DNA of 64,000 bases from Takakia lepidozioides (taxonomy: Eukaryota; Plantae; Bryophyta): contig CM060733.1 in assembly GCA_030704615.1 (NCBI GenBank), positions 20,646,001 through 20,710,000 on the forward strand, in the 5' to 3' direction. Positions 24,397 through 37,570 of the stretch are shown piece after piece. The position numbers and the translations under genes are program-made. Every line of letters starts with the position of its first letter. Position 1 is the first letter of the stretch. The notes beneath the pieces were generated by a model. The model had not been told where the DNA came from and did not search any database. It saw only the letters and a list, made by a program, of their open reading frames with translations.

Positions 24397-27300
24397 TTAA
24401 ACTGCAGTTCATCTTTTATCATGAAATTATTGTTTTCTAGTGGAATCAAGGATGTGCCTCCTGCACTACCATGCTTGACTACCACAGGGTTTTTTTTTCC
24501 AAATGGCCTAGGTGGCCCATGTGGCTATTTAGGGAGTCTTCTAGATAACATTTCCTTCTTACAGGACCTGGAGGGAATATTTTAAACAATATACCCGCAC
24601 AACAGTGGAAACAGCTAGCCGTCCTTAGGGTGGAAACCACTGTTGGGCGGTTACTTAAATTTTTTTCTAATACTCTTTGGTCTAGCAGCTCAGCGTGGAG
24701 ATCAAATAGTGGTTCTACACGATAACCATCACTAGCGGCCACCAAGCCACTCTTATGCAATTCGTGCCCTCGGACGCATTTCCATTTCCAATATTTTTAG
24801 ACCCTGGGAAAATTGAGTGTATCTTGTCTACTTTCCGTTTTCATGTTGTATGCAAAGAATGGTTGGTAGAAGTTTCCATTTCACACTGGTCAGGGTCTGC
24901 TGGCAAGTCGGGTCTGCTGGTCTCAGCCACTTGGTTAGTGATGGACATTGGAGATATCTGTGTTACGAGAGTAGACCACGTATGTGGTCACGTGCGTATT
25001 CTGGTAGAACCCAGTAGCACGCAACCTGTTTTCGGAACTTTCCAGACGAGCATGCATTATAAGTTGTCGATCTTCTGCTTGCAGGTTCAAAGAGCGCCAC
25101 AAAGTGAAGTTTTGCCATGGCTTCAGGGTCTGATTCAGGAAGTGTCCCCAATACTACTCACTAGCTAGCAATGAAGTCAGAGAAGTGTAAGTCGTTCCGA
25201 GGATTACTGAGATGGCTGAAGGACACATTCTTAGCTGCATTCTGCACCAGCCCGGCTCATTCTCTTCCTTCGGATCCGTGCTATCCCACAATTTCCAGTT
25301 CTGCGAAGATCAGTCAGGTAGATGTAGAGCCCTCGCAGTCTGCTGCTCCAGATTTAGGGGTCAATAACCACTTTCGAACTGGGACCTACTTATTGTGTCG
25401 AGTATGATTTTCTTCTCTGGCAATTGGCCCTTGCAACGGCATCATGAGTGATCAAGTTCACACTATCCGGCGCCGTCACCTCACCACTTGTGCCACGCGT
25501 TGCTAGGGAAAATACTAAACGCCCATCTTCTTCAACAATGGTAGCAGCCTACATGTCGAGAGAGAGACCTCGATCGGCACATGACATCTTCGATCGCTAA
25601 GCTGCAATCTGGCAAGTACTTTCCCGAGACTTGTAGCTCCACATGAGACGGACAAGGACGTTGGACATTGGACATTGGAAAATGACAAACCATTCCTCAT
25701 TTCAGTTGTGTTCATTGCTACTCATTTCTAATTTCTCACTAGACTTGACTACTGCAAAGAGTGCAATGGCGCTTAATCTCAGAAAACTAAGGACGTAGGC
25801 AGGCATCAGCTAGTACTCATCAGTACCAATTGTCCTTTTGGTAATTCCTAGCTACCAAATTTTGTTAAACTCAAAGTCCATTTACGAGAATCGTGCAGCA
25901 GATCAGCTTCAGGATTGACAATCTTCTCTCTCCCTCTAACACAGCCTGGCCTACAGGATAGAGACTCCTCAAGGGAGCATCAGGGACGCACTCTTTCTCA
26001 TGAGTTTTCCACCGATCTTTTGGCACCGTGTTCTCTGTTGTTCCATTGAATTGATTATCTTAAGCAAAACGTTAATTAATCCATTACTTAGAATGACTTT
26101 GTCAAATACGGTAAATCAGATTTTCATTACTTGTTCACAAACCTTGGCGTGCGAAGGAGGTGGGTCCATGGAGCAGCTGTGATCGTCTTGCTTACCACGT
26201 CGGATCATCGTGGGCACATGTAACTCAGATGAGCTTCACAAGAGCTAACCTTGTACTTACAAACATGGAGCTTCAAATATAGTGTCCGAAGACTTCTGGG
26301 GGAATCAAATTGTGGGGTCTTGCAAGGGCTCAAGTGAACTGTTCTCAGTGGCTCAGTATCCCGTTTAGAGAACGACGCGTCTCATAGGCTAGCTAAGTTG
26401 CTGAGTTATGGATGCAGCATGGTGACAGATCCTTCCTTGCCCGACTTGTAATTTCAACGGCTGCATGCACAGTCCGCTTCTGTATGCATGATGTCAACGA
26501 GAACATCCCCCTTTTACTACCAAGTAGAGGAAGACTGCTTCACAGGGTGTTTGTTTTGATGTTTGAACAAGACGATTAAGGAAAGAGGGTCCCTAGAGGG
26601 TCTTATGTCTTATCCTCAAAGCGCGTTTCACTAGTTGCAGCAATAGCGACGGTCGAGATGGATTTCATAAAAATACAAGTGGAGTTCACAGTGAGAGGAT
26701 ATATAGCATGTGGCCGGGAGTAAGAATGATACCGAACGTTTAAAAATTAAAGGCGGAGAGCTTGGGGACCCACTCTCAGTTCCTAACTTAGTATACATTT
26801 ACACAATACAGGTCTTCCTGAATCAACGTCGTGGTACCTGGACACTTTTCCTTGAAGACTTTGTAATACATTTACAAGGACTAAGTCCTAGGTAGTGTTG
26901 GGTCGGTATACCTGGTTGAACCTAGGTGTGGAATACAGGTATGAGTACGTGTATTGAAAAACACACTAGTCGGGTATGAACTATGAACTATGAACTAATG
27001 TAGTCATGTGATACATCTGCTGGGCGGAGTGTGTCTTTACCCACATCATACCAGTGTAGGTAAGCACAGGCGTAGCGTGGTCACACCAGTATTGGAGCGA
27101 GTTCATGGCGGATGGAGTTAGGCATGAGTATTTGTTAGTGCAATCTGCGCGACCCTATTGCAATTCAGACTTCAATTGCCTATCACTGCTGTTTCATGCT
27201 ACTTTGGGTTGCCTTTGCCTGGTGTTTCATAGTTTAGACTACAACTTAATGCACAGGTGCAATCCGGTTTTTGACATGAGTGACGTGGAGCTGAAGGGAG

Positions 27301-28873
27301 TGTAACTCCAGTCGGAATGACACTGGGTTACATGAGAATAAACTCCATTTGGGGTTACACAGCGGGAGTGTAACTCCACTTTCCCTGAGTAGTATCACTC
27401 TGTGTGTGTACACTGCCAACACGTTACCAGTAGGCTGCTTGGCAATTTCTTGCCACATTTCTTGCGTTATAATGTATGTAAGTGAATGCCCCATAAGAGG
27501 GGTGGCAGGATTTGACGAGGGGCTGTCCGGAGGAGCCCACGCTGCCTGAATCCGGCGACCATGCATTAAGTTCTTACATTATTCCAATTGTTTTCCTGCT
27601 CATATAGTGGGCCAATATCACAAGGAAAATAAATACCATACTCATATACAGCCCAAAATACAAGTGATATACCATAGTTATATCCAAGTTTTTTCTTTTT
27701 TCTCTTAAAAAACAAAAGTTGCTCATACCCCTAGGAAGCATAAATTATGGGGTCTGGTCTCTGGTATACAGAAGGTGGACACCTTTGTGACATCATTTAG
27801 ACGTTGTGATTCATGAAGATAAAGTGTGCATGTTAGAGAGGAGCACACGTGGGAAATTCCATTGCCCTAAAATAAATAAAAGCTCTGCTCCCTAGAATTT
27901 TCAAGTGCCAGGGGGCTGGAAATAAAGTGTCCAAAACCGTTGACCTGACCACGTGGCATGCCAAATGGGCAATCTTGAAAATAATATCTAGGGCTCAAAA
28001 TTTATCAAAATGCCCAAAGTTTTTGGACAAGCACTATGTAATGTTAGGACTTAGAAAACAAATATCACATCATGGGAGTACTTGGGAAAGAAGAAAAACC
28101 ATGACAACTTACCCCCTTTGGGGCAGAGGGTCCCTTAGGTGCCATATAATCAGATTATGGAGGGCATATGCCTCAGAAAATTCAACTTGATATTTGTACT
28201 TAATGGTCAATGGCATTTTTTCCATGCAAGCTTCAAATACATTTACAAATTGAGACAGATTATTCTGTTATAATCTCCCAAATGCAATGGTCAAATTGAC
28301 TACAATATTCGCAGGATATGGATGTAGTAGATATGTACAGTAGTATAAGATTCATCGGTATGGATGATTGGGGGTAAAAAGTTACACCCTTATCCACGAC
28401 GGTAATAGGGTATCCACCAAAATGGTTCTTGTCCCTCAATATGTAAGAGTTGGTTTCATAATTTTTGGACCTATACGGTGTGGGAGATATTAAATTTGAA
28501 GTTTTTTTAAAAATTAACAGAGTATTCTCTTATCACTGGAATGGAAAATAGAAAAAGACCTCTTTTATAGTTGAATATGTGCAACCAAAAAACAAAACAA
28601 AAAAACATAATTACAAGCGTCAAAGAGCTTTTCATAATTTCCTTTTAGTTTCCTATGTGCTGTATATAGCTGTTTATAGCTGTATACACGATCTTGAGCG
28701 CTGAATCCTCCTAAAGTCACCTCATCAACTCCTCATCACGTTCCAATGACGAGACATATTTAACTTAGAAGGTGCATTGACTGAAAGCCGGTTCTGTGCC
28801 CACGGCCCCTCTCAAGGCAGGTTCGGTGTTCCATGAAATAGTGTACATCGAGGCTGAGCACATCGCAGAATCT

Positions 28874-30975
28874 CTATTTTTTCTCCTTCTTCTCCTTCTT
28901 CTCCGCCTCCCACAGAGAGGCAAGCTTGTGGCGTTTGGCCATGGCCTTGATCGCATCCTCGGCCTTCACATCACCATATATTGTCACTTTGTTTGCTTCC
29001 CTGTCCAGAGTGATGCCCTGCACACCTGCAATCATCACCCAGATCATGCACGGAGGCCAATATATTCCGTTACGCTTGTCTGCATCCTGCACTTCCATGA
29101 ATATAGGTGGTGGTTATTATCACCATTAAGTTACCAATGCCGGGGCCACCGGGATTCAACCAGTGGGGCCATCAGACACGACAGTTTCATCCAGGGGATG
29201 CTTTCCAGTATCAGTTTCTGTTGCGGAAGCCTTCTGATAAATTGGTTGGACATGCAGAAGTATCCTTGTCCTTTACGAAGGCAACTGCAGTCACTTCCAC
29301 ACGTGACTCTAACTACACTCCACAAGAAAACCGATTAGGGATATCTAGACAAAATGTTGACTTGGGTGATGAGCAAAGACAATTTAGATGATGTTGGGTG
29401 CTGACTTCGGTCGCCGTCATCTCTCTAGGATGCAGATAGATTCCACATTTGCATTCTGTGTAGGATTGTACCCTTCGTTACGATAAGCACCTTGCGGATC
29501 TGCTTGTCGCACGCATCGCAGCAGATGTGCACCCTCAATCGCACTTCCTTAGGCTGCAAAGATTGAAAAAAGGTATCATGGGTAAGAGTTCTCGTGGTGT
29601 CCAGAACGTTCTGCTTATCAACAAAGGTGTTTTAATAGCTCGCACTTCCTGCAAGAGAAAGAGAAGTGTTTTCACTACTGTTATTAGGGAGAAATCCACC
29701 ACTTCAATATTCATGGGAAGCTTACGACCAGTTTTCTGACAATCGTGTGTAGCATTAACACAGGGCGGGTTGAGCATCAGTGACTTAAAGCAGGGCGGTT
29801 GGTGGTCGATGTTCGTATTGTCCACTGGGAGGAATAATGATCATTGGATCAAGGATGGCGTGCACGCCAACTTCAGATCTTGCAGTTCATTACACCAAAA
29901 GTTTGCAGACCTGCAACCGACTGGCAACCGATTTTGTATAGCAGAACCTGTTGGAAAGGAGTGAATTGAATATATATAAGGGCACCCATCCGTATGGATC
30001 TGTTCCAGCCAGGCTCTCTCAATTGAAACAACTGTTGAAATCGCTCGAGATCGATTGCGATGAGTCTTCCTCATGACTCTAAAAAATGAGGAATCTTTAG
30101 AGCTTAAGAGTCTGGATTTGGAACTCGATGAGGGATTCAGTACTGTACGCTTCTTTTGGCCTTCGTGTATCCTAATAGATCTTCTCACATACGACCGGGA
30201 ACTCGGTAAAAACAGTGAGGTCTCCAGACTTCTGCTTACTGCACTCACTTCGTACTAACTTTGGCGGTGCCGTGAGAATCGACATGCATATGAATCCAGA
30301 TGAAATTTTCGAATCCAATTCATTTGCTACCGCCTGCCTCAATTGCTGGAAAGAAATTTGTGTATTTGGCCAGAGCTTATGGATTGAAACCTTGGTGGTC
30401 CATTGAGCGATCAAGCTCGGAGCTTCATCCTAGCAGCCATAATCTTGGAAATAACAAATTCTCTGTTCACACAGAAAAAGGCCGAAGTCTCTGGCCTACT
30501 CTCACGAAACACATGCCGTGACCCATATCTGCTACAAGTTCCATCCTACGATTTCCAGAATTCCTTTGTCGCCAAGAAACTAGAATGCGTGAAGTTACGT
30601 TACCTTCTCATTGGTTTCCTTAGGTTTCGATGGCTTGGGCTCCTGCCACTGCCAGGTGGTTGCGGGATCCGGGGCGTAGAAGAGCTGGGTCACGCCACAG
30701 ATAACAACAGCATAAAAACCGAACAGTTTCTGAGATATTTGACCAGCTAGATGTAAAGAATCCAACATGGATTGATAATTTACAAATGGCCTCTTGACGA
30801 ACCAATTTCAATCTGCACCAAAGCAACACCTACACAGGTCTACACAAAAAAGAGCCTGGGGGGGACTCAAATCGACAGGCAATTACACATGATGATCTGC
30901 TATTACGGGTATGCGAAAAAAACCAGGGGTGGAGTGGGGGGGTGGGCTTACATCATGCATTGTCCACAGTGGCAT
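28874..30975 (-). CDS. Heavy-metal-associated domain plant protein (HPP; single HMA domain, no CaaX)
   Basis: GT-AG exons 30975-30952, 30684-30604, 29553-29472 and 29025-28874 are in phase and give MPLWTMHD/LFYAPDPATTWQWQEPKPSKPKETNEK/PKEVRLRVHICCDACDKQIRKVLIVTKG/VQGITLDREANKVTIYGDVKAEDAIKAMAKRHKLASLWEAEKKEKKEKK*. There is probably a 5' UTR exon upstream of 31318. Confidence 0.85.
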
Positions 30976-33772
30976 TGTCACTGGTCAACAAGCTCTACGA
31001 ATGCCAGACACCCAGGACACTTCGGAGGTAACCAAAACCGCCAACCAGCGCCTCACAATTGACGCTTTCTGTCAAGCTTAAAAGGATGAACTCAACGCAC
31101 AAGCTCTACGGCGGTCACCCGATCGACAGAGACTTAGATCCACAACCACAAAGAGGCAGTAGCTCTAGAGAAAGAAAGCAAGAAAGAATTTTGCTTATAC
31201 TTCCTCGGGAGTCCCAAAGGGCCTGGAACACACAGACAACAGAAACAGAAACAAACAAAACTTTCTGCACAACAAAGTCAAACAACTACGTGCAGAAACA
31301 GAACTTCAGAAAAAGAACCTGAAAGCAAGTCTAAGTAAATTTCAACATCTGCAGTGAGGAATTCAACGCTGACACACAAAGAGTAGAACAGAGGGAATGC
31401 CCGGCAACAGACAGAGTGACGCACTCTCTCCCGTTGTGCTGTCTTGGCGAAGAATGGCGTGACCCAATTTCCAGTCTTGGCATCACCGGACGTTATAAAG
31501 CACCATTCCATTTCATTTCATTTCTGTTTCTTTCTGTCTTTTCTTTTTTTCTTTTTTTCTTTATAACGTTTGTCTTTTCTTTTCTTTTCTTTTCCTTACA
31601 ATAAATGCTATATCTAGTTGTTTAAAAATAACGTTAGGTTTCCGTGTTTTAAGAAAAGGACCGAGGGCCAAGTTTATTTCCTATGAATAATAGAGTTATC
31701 CCCCTTCCACTTCACAATCTCCACAGCGTTCCGTTTCGTGCCTACCCTACCCTCTCGTCTCCCCATCTATCTCGTTTTCTCCTTATTTTAACCCTAGTCA
31801 GGCACATGTGCAAGTCTCTTTTGGGGCTTCTTCTTCTTGGCATGCAGAAGACCAGTTTGCGCTTTTCCAATGCTTGGTCTTGGACTGGAAGATTTACTGG
31901 CACTATCTAGTAGTCCTCTAGTCGGCAGTTCGACTCAGTCTATGTCTTCCGTCACATAGTTTTTTTTTCCAGGGGTTCACACACCCTCCCTAGGGCTCGT
32001 AAACCCAATAATAATAGACAGCACGCCGATAGAGCACTACTTCTTCTTACGGAATATTCGGGAAGAATCCTCAGTAACGAACTTCAGTTATCTTGCATGG
32101 CTCTCATGCGATATGCCTTATGGCAGCCTCGAGGGTTTTAATTTTTTTCCCTCCAATAATTCAGCAATAAAGTTACCAACCAGGGCCAAGTCCCCTGTTT
32201 CTTAAAATATTTTTTATTTTATTTTATTTTATTTAAAATATATATATATATATATCTATCTGTAAAGGGTCCGAACTCGGCATGAGAACCTTGAGTTTGG
32301 CCAAAATTGGGCATGAGACTCAAAATGGGCAGCCACATGACATTGTGGCGGGTAAGGTGGTGGCGAGCCGGAGGGAGGGTGAGCTACAGCCGGAACCACC
32401 ATAATGGCATGTTGCGGCCCATTCCAGTACGTAAAGGATTGAGTCTGCCGCCCTCTTATTGGCCTGCCAGTCCTAATCAAACACATTATATTTCATAATG
32501 TGCTAGTGGCATGAGGCGTAGATTTCTGCTTTTTAATCCTCTTGGAAATACGCCATATTAGGCACGCAAAATCCTTTACGTGAGGAAAAAACACAGGACC
32601 AAACTGCTTGGACATAGGGGTCGTGGTGCGGGAGTTTGGAACCGAGTTTTGTTCCTCGTCAAGGCCGAGGGAGTGAGGGCTCAGGAGCAGTGCTGCCAAT
32701 TTCATGATCTTTGCGGATTTACTCAAACTCAGGATGAAATGAGGGTCCAAACTGGGTACCAAACTCAGGCTCACTTTACTAATATACAATAAATAGATTT
32801 TAAAATGGGACAAAAAACTTTACTTGGGGTTGTTAGAGGGAAAAGACTCAAAACCCTCATAGAATCCATCCAATGAATGAATGAAAAATATTCTCAAATG
32901 CAGTGGCAGATTTTGGATTCCACGGTTTTGTTCCACTGCAGAATAATACTGTACTGCCTTATCAGAGTTGCCAGGTATTTCCGGGTTTGTTACAGAGCAT
33001 AACATGGCCTATAGTACCTATAGCCTCCCCAAAACCCTAAATTATTTGGGTCATGTGAGGCCCGCTGGCCCGAGCTCCTAGTAGACTGCCAGTCAAATCT
33101 CCTCCCGCAGTGTAAAGGTGGGGAACGCTCCACACCTCCTCCCTCCTAACGCTCCCCCACCTTTAGGACCTTGTTCCCACTCTCTCCTCCCTCTTCCCCA
33201 CAGTGGAACAGGGGGGACCGGGAGGGGGACCAGGAGGGGAACGGATACCGGGAACAAGGAGCAATCCCCATTCCATTGGTCGAGGAGGGGAGCAGGGAGA
33301 GCAGAAACAGCAAGGATCGGGAACATGGGAGCAAGATTGGGAATAAGGGGTGAGCAAGGGAATGGAGCAAGGATCTTGGACTCAGAATTATCTTTAAAAA
33401 TAAAAATATATATCAACCAATTGTAAACTATTTAAACATCCAATGTGCCTCTCTTCTTCAGATTGTACACCTAACCCTTACATTATTACTCATTGTACCT
33501 AGCTACCACTACCAACCAATTCTTTTCAACCCTTCTATCTTTTAATGCTTTAATTTGTAATACAGGCTGGTGAGAAAGGACGAATAGGGGTGGGGATTTG
33601 ACAGCGGCCCTGCAGGAACCTCGCCAATATAGCCACACTAGGTTCCCATGCTTGCATTCACCTCCTTGGATAAGCATAGTCTTCTCCAAATTAGTTGAGA
33701 AGTATTACATGTTATTTTGGACTCTTTGAATGACTTGGCAAAGGTTGGAGTCAACGTCGCTCCCAGGTGTTC

Positions 33773-34001
33773 ATTTTTATTTATTTTTATTTTTATTTTT
33801 ATTTTTATTTATTTTCGAAAAGGAAACCTGGGAGCGACTGCTCACAATTCAGGCCCTTGAGGAGGGGAAAAATTAACCCCCTTTCAGATAAGCCATTAGG
33901 CACATAGGTGGGAACGTTACCACCAGACCAACCCGTCGCGAACAATCCACACACCAGGCAGGGCAGCAGGTTTGAACCCCGAACCACCAGGGCGACACAC
34001 T
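33773..34001 (-). mobile_element. tRNA-derived SINE, 5'-truncated copy
   Basis: Homologous to 8670-8905 (GGGAGCGAC..CACAATTCAGGCCCTTGAGGAGGGGAAAAATTAACCCCC), with B box GGTTCAAACC and an (AAAAAT)n tail. Confidence 0.75.
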
Positions 34002-34249
34002 AGGTACATTCCGACTCATAAGTAGCATCCAGATGTCTACCAACTTAAGAGTGAATATTTTCATGGCAAATAAATTTCTTTGACCTTCTTATATTTGAGT
34101 TATACTTATACATCAAACTTATTCTATTTTCGTTCACACATATGCATATGTTAACAAATAATTTTACCTATTTATATTCTCTCTTACCTCTTTTCATAAC
34201 ATACCACGTGTATTTACCCTAATTGCTATGGATGACATAAACTGCCTCC

Positions 34250-34560
34250 ATTGTCATCCTGTAGCATCGCTCTCCTTTGCGTCGTTTGCAGCATCGCTCT
34301 TCTTTGCATCACAAGTCTGCACTTGCAAAATCACTTTCCTTGCAGCATCAGATCGTAATGCGGCCCCTCAAAACTGTATCAACTGTATTCGACCTGGTAT
34401 CAATTGTATTTTTCAACCAAATATATTTCATGTGCTTCGCGCTGATGAGTACCATGATCTCGGCATACTCCCAATTTGGTTGTCTTGCTCGTTTTTCTTT
34501 CCCTTTCCCTCTGTTTGCTTTTCCAGCACCGCCAACATCATCTGAATTTTGCACAGGTGA
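34250..34560 (-). pseudogene. Trihelix/Myb-SANT-like fragment (possibly Harbinger-associated ORF)
   Basis: GKGKEKRARQPNWEYAEIMVLISAK is homologous to KRPRQPNWEHDEVMSLIKDK at 62.6 kb. Confidence 0.55.
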
Positions 34561-35512
34561 AGCCATACCTGCAATCACAAGAGCTAAACACATCAGTGAT
34601 CAGAATGAAAATGAATTGCATGAATTTCAACTAATTTGCAAACTCAATCAATTTTCAACATGAAAAGCATATTCATTCAATGTCGTTACTGTACCTGCTG
34701 GTGCAATCTCTAGCGGAGAATGAAGCAATACACACGACTGGTATTAAGGAAGAAGCACACGATGAGAGAAGCTCCAACTTCCGCTGTAGCATAGACACGC
34801 GATGGCGGGACATGAAGATGATGAGAAAAATCACACTTAGATGAAAATCATCCTTCCATGAATCGCAATAAGAAATAAATAACTTATTAGATTGAAATTT
34901 GAATGAATAAGATACGTCCAATATCAAACCCAGACATCTACGATTATTCAAAGATTGATCTTGCAAATAAATAGCAATATCAGTGGCCTAACTTTGTGCA
35001 TAACTTTCTGCCATGTCACCTAGCACGACGACATCCAATCAGCAGTTAACTTACTGACATGGACACATGTGAATAGAGATAGACCCGGTGGTACTTTATC
35101 CCCCAACTTAATCATCAGTCTGAACGTACCTACTGTGCACTTACCAGCTGAGCTCCCTTTAGCCAAAAAAAAAAAAAAAGAAAAAAAAAAGTTGGACAAC
35201 AATTAAATATAATAAGCCTGCATACAATTTATACTAACCCTCGATCCGCGGCATATTCCAATTGATCCTTTATTGCACACATCTATAGGGTAGAAGCACC
35301 CATTGCGGTGCAAACCCCTTCTTTGGTGTCGAGTAGCTATTAGTTCTAAGGCATCCGAGCATTAGATTGGGATCAGAGATGCATGTAAAATGGCCCCAAT
35401 GTGCACCCACAATGACCCACAAAGACTTTATTGGTGGCTCGTTCTTAAATGCACTCTGCAGCCTCTATGTAACACACATAAACAAACCATAATAGGGTCA
35501 AGTGAGTGGGCT

Positions 35513-35900
35513 CATCTGGACAATAAATGGGCCACCATAGGATCACATTGGGGAGTCTCCAATCTGCAACTACACCATGATAAGATCAGATCACTTTCTT
35601 GCTAGAAACAAAAATTTCATATCTCCACCATGAAAGCTGTACAAAATTATTAAGTTGGGACTTGCATAGCTCAAAGATGATGAATTCACACACTACGTAA
35701 GATACATAAACAGATATGTGGGGTCATCTTGACAATTAATGGGCCACCACATGATCAAATTTAGGAGTGTCCAGAGTCCAATCTCTAACTTACACCATGA
35801 CAAGATCATATCACTTCCTTGCTAGAAACAAAAAAATATATATCTCCACCATGAAAGCTATACAAAATTACTAAGTTGGGACCTATATAGCTCAAAGATG
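35513..35900. repeat. Tandem duplication, unit ~210 bp
   Basis: CATCT(G/T)GACAAT..ATGGGCCACC...TACACCATGA.AAGATCA.ATCACTT..TTGCTAGAAACAAAAA...TAGCTCAAAGATG occurs twice. Confidence 0.8.
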
Positions 35901-36339
35901 CTCAGATTCAGCTCTGCAAATCTTCATTTGAAGACTTGCCGCTCTCATCTTTCAATTTGCAAACTTGCCGCTAATCTTTCAAATTTCAGAGTCCTTCAAT
36001 AACATTAATGTCATCTTCTAATTGTACATTCACGTGGATCAAGCATAAGCTGAAACTATAGCCACCCTTCGATAGACAAACAACTCATGTTAGTCGTTGA
36101 TTAACATCATGGCTTGTTCACATATCTACAGAAGCAAGTCAATGAGACAGTTTTCTTTCATCTGTTTGTTTTACAAGGTTAATTTCAAACACATGTTACC
36201 GGCTAATGATCAACCCTGCTTGTTTCCATCACAAGCTGGCATCCTCCAGCCCGTTCCACTATCTCCACCACCCACAAGCAGCGTGCAGTCTAATCTTCCT
36301 ACCAGCAATACACGCAAGCTACAACACAGATTGATTACA

Positions 36340-37570
36340 AAGACGATGTGGAAAAAAGAGCAAATGGCAAAAGCGGTTGATGCTCTCGATGATGGCTGGA
36401 TAAGTTCAATTCGGGAAGCTGCACGACAGTTCCACATCCCTCCATCTAGCATACGAAGATGGTTAAATGGTATGCCTACTTTATCTATGCTAATTTTGTA
36501 TGTGCTTAATTTACAATTCCATGCTACATTTCTAACAAATTTCTTACGTGTTTTGCAGGTGTGACAAGCACCAAACAGTCTGGTCCAACAACTGTGTTAA
36601 CTGCAGATGAAGAGAGCGAACTGGTTAGTTGGATCATAAATGCACAGAATGCTGGAAAATGTGTAAATTTGCCGATGTTTTGTATTAGAGTGAAAACGTT
36701 GATTTCTGATCGACCAAATCCACTCTCGAATGGAAATCCTGGGAGAAGTTGGTGGGCTGCATTTAGAAAACGTCATCCAGAGATCGTTGAAAGAACTGCC
36801 GAAGGTCTGGAGAGAGCTCGTGCAGCAAACGTCAGTGCACACATTGTTCATCCTTTCTATGAAAATCTAAGAGAGATTTATCAAAAACACCAGTATGAAG
36901 CACGCCAAGTGTGGAATTGTGACGAGACTGGTCTCCAAGCAGGGCATGCATGTACTGGCCAAAAAAAGGAGCAGAGATGTTTATGGTGTGTTGTCTGCCT
37001 CAAGAGAGTGAGTTACTATTCTGTCTTGTGTAAAAATTGTTGGGCAAGCAATTCCCAATTTTTATGTTTTCAAAGGTAAAACAAGAGTTCCTCGAAGGAA
37101 CTTCATCGCAAGATATGAGGTGAGCGCAGTCATGGCTCTTCAGAAGAAAGCATGGATGACTGCAGAGTTGTTTGCTGATTGGTTGATACATTTCAAGAGA
37201 AATGTGTCAGGTGGGATTTCGCCATCAAATCGACACTTGTTGATACTTGACAACCATGGCTCTCACATTTTTGAGTAGGCAATCATCACGGCAGCAGCTA
37301 TGGGTCTCGACATCTTAACCATTCCAGCACATACATCACATAAGTTGTAGCCGTTAGATGTTTCATGCTTCGGACCCTTTAAACATTATTTTAAAAGAGC
37401 GAAGCTTGTTCATGATGGAACATGGAGGCGAAGTTTTGGCCCAATTGGCATGCAAGGCGTTAAGACAATCGCTCACTCCATCAAATATCATCTCTGGTTT
37501 TCGAAAGACTGGAATTTGGCCATTGGAATGTAAAGCTATGGATGGCAACTTTGGGCCCAATGTCATCTAA
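36340..37570 (+). mobile_element. pogo-family (Tc1/mariner superfamily) transposase pseudogene
   Basis: HTH-psq-like WKKEQMAKAV...SIREAARQFHIPPSSIRRW; intron ~36470-36558; CENP-B HTH VLTADEESELVSWI...WWAAFRKRHP; catalytic-core motifs WNCDETG, WMTAELFADWLIHF, LLILDNHGSH and IPAHTSHKL*PLDVSCFGPFK. Contains stops and frameshifts. Confidence 0.85.

Noticed and set aside
33108-33485. G-rich GGGAAC-repeat segment as a coding region or defined MITE
   Set aside because: The ORFs are low-complexity, terminal repeats are only partial and no TSD was found. Probably a TE remnant, but not definable.
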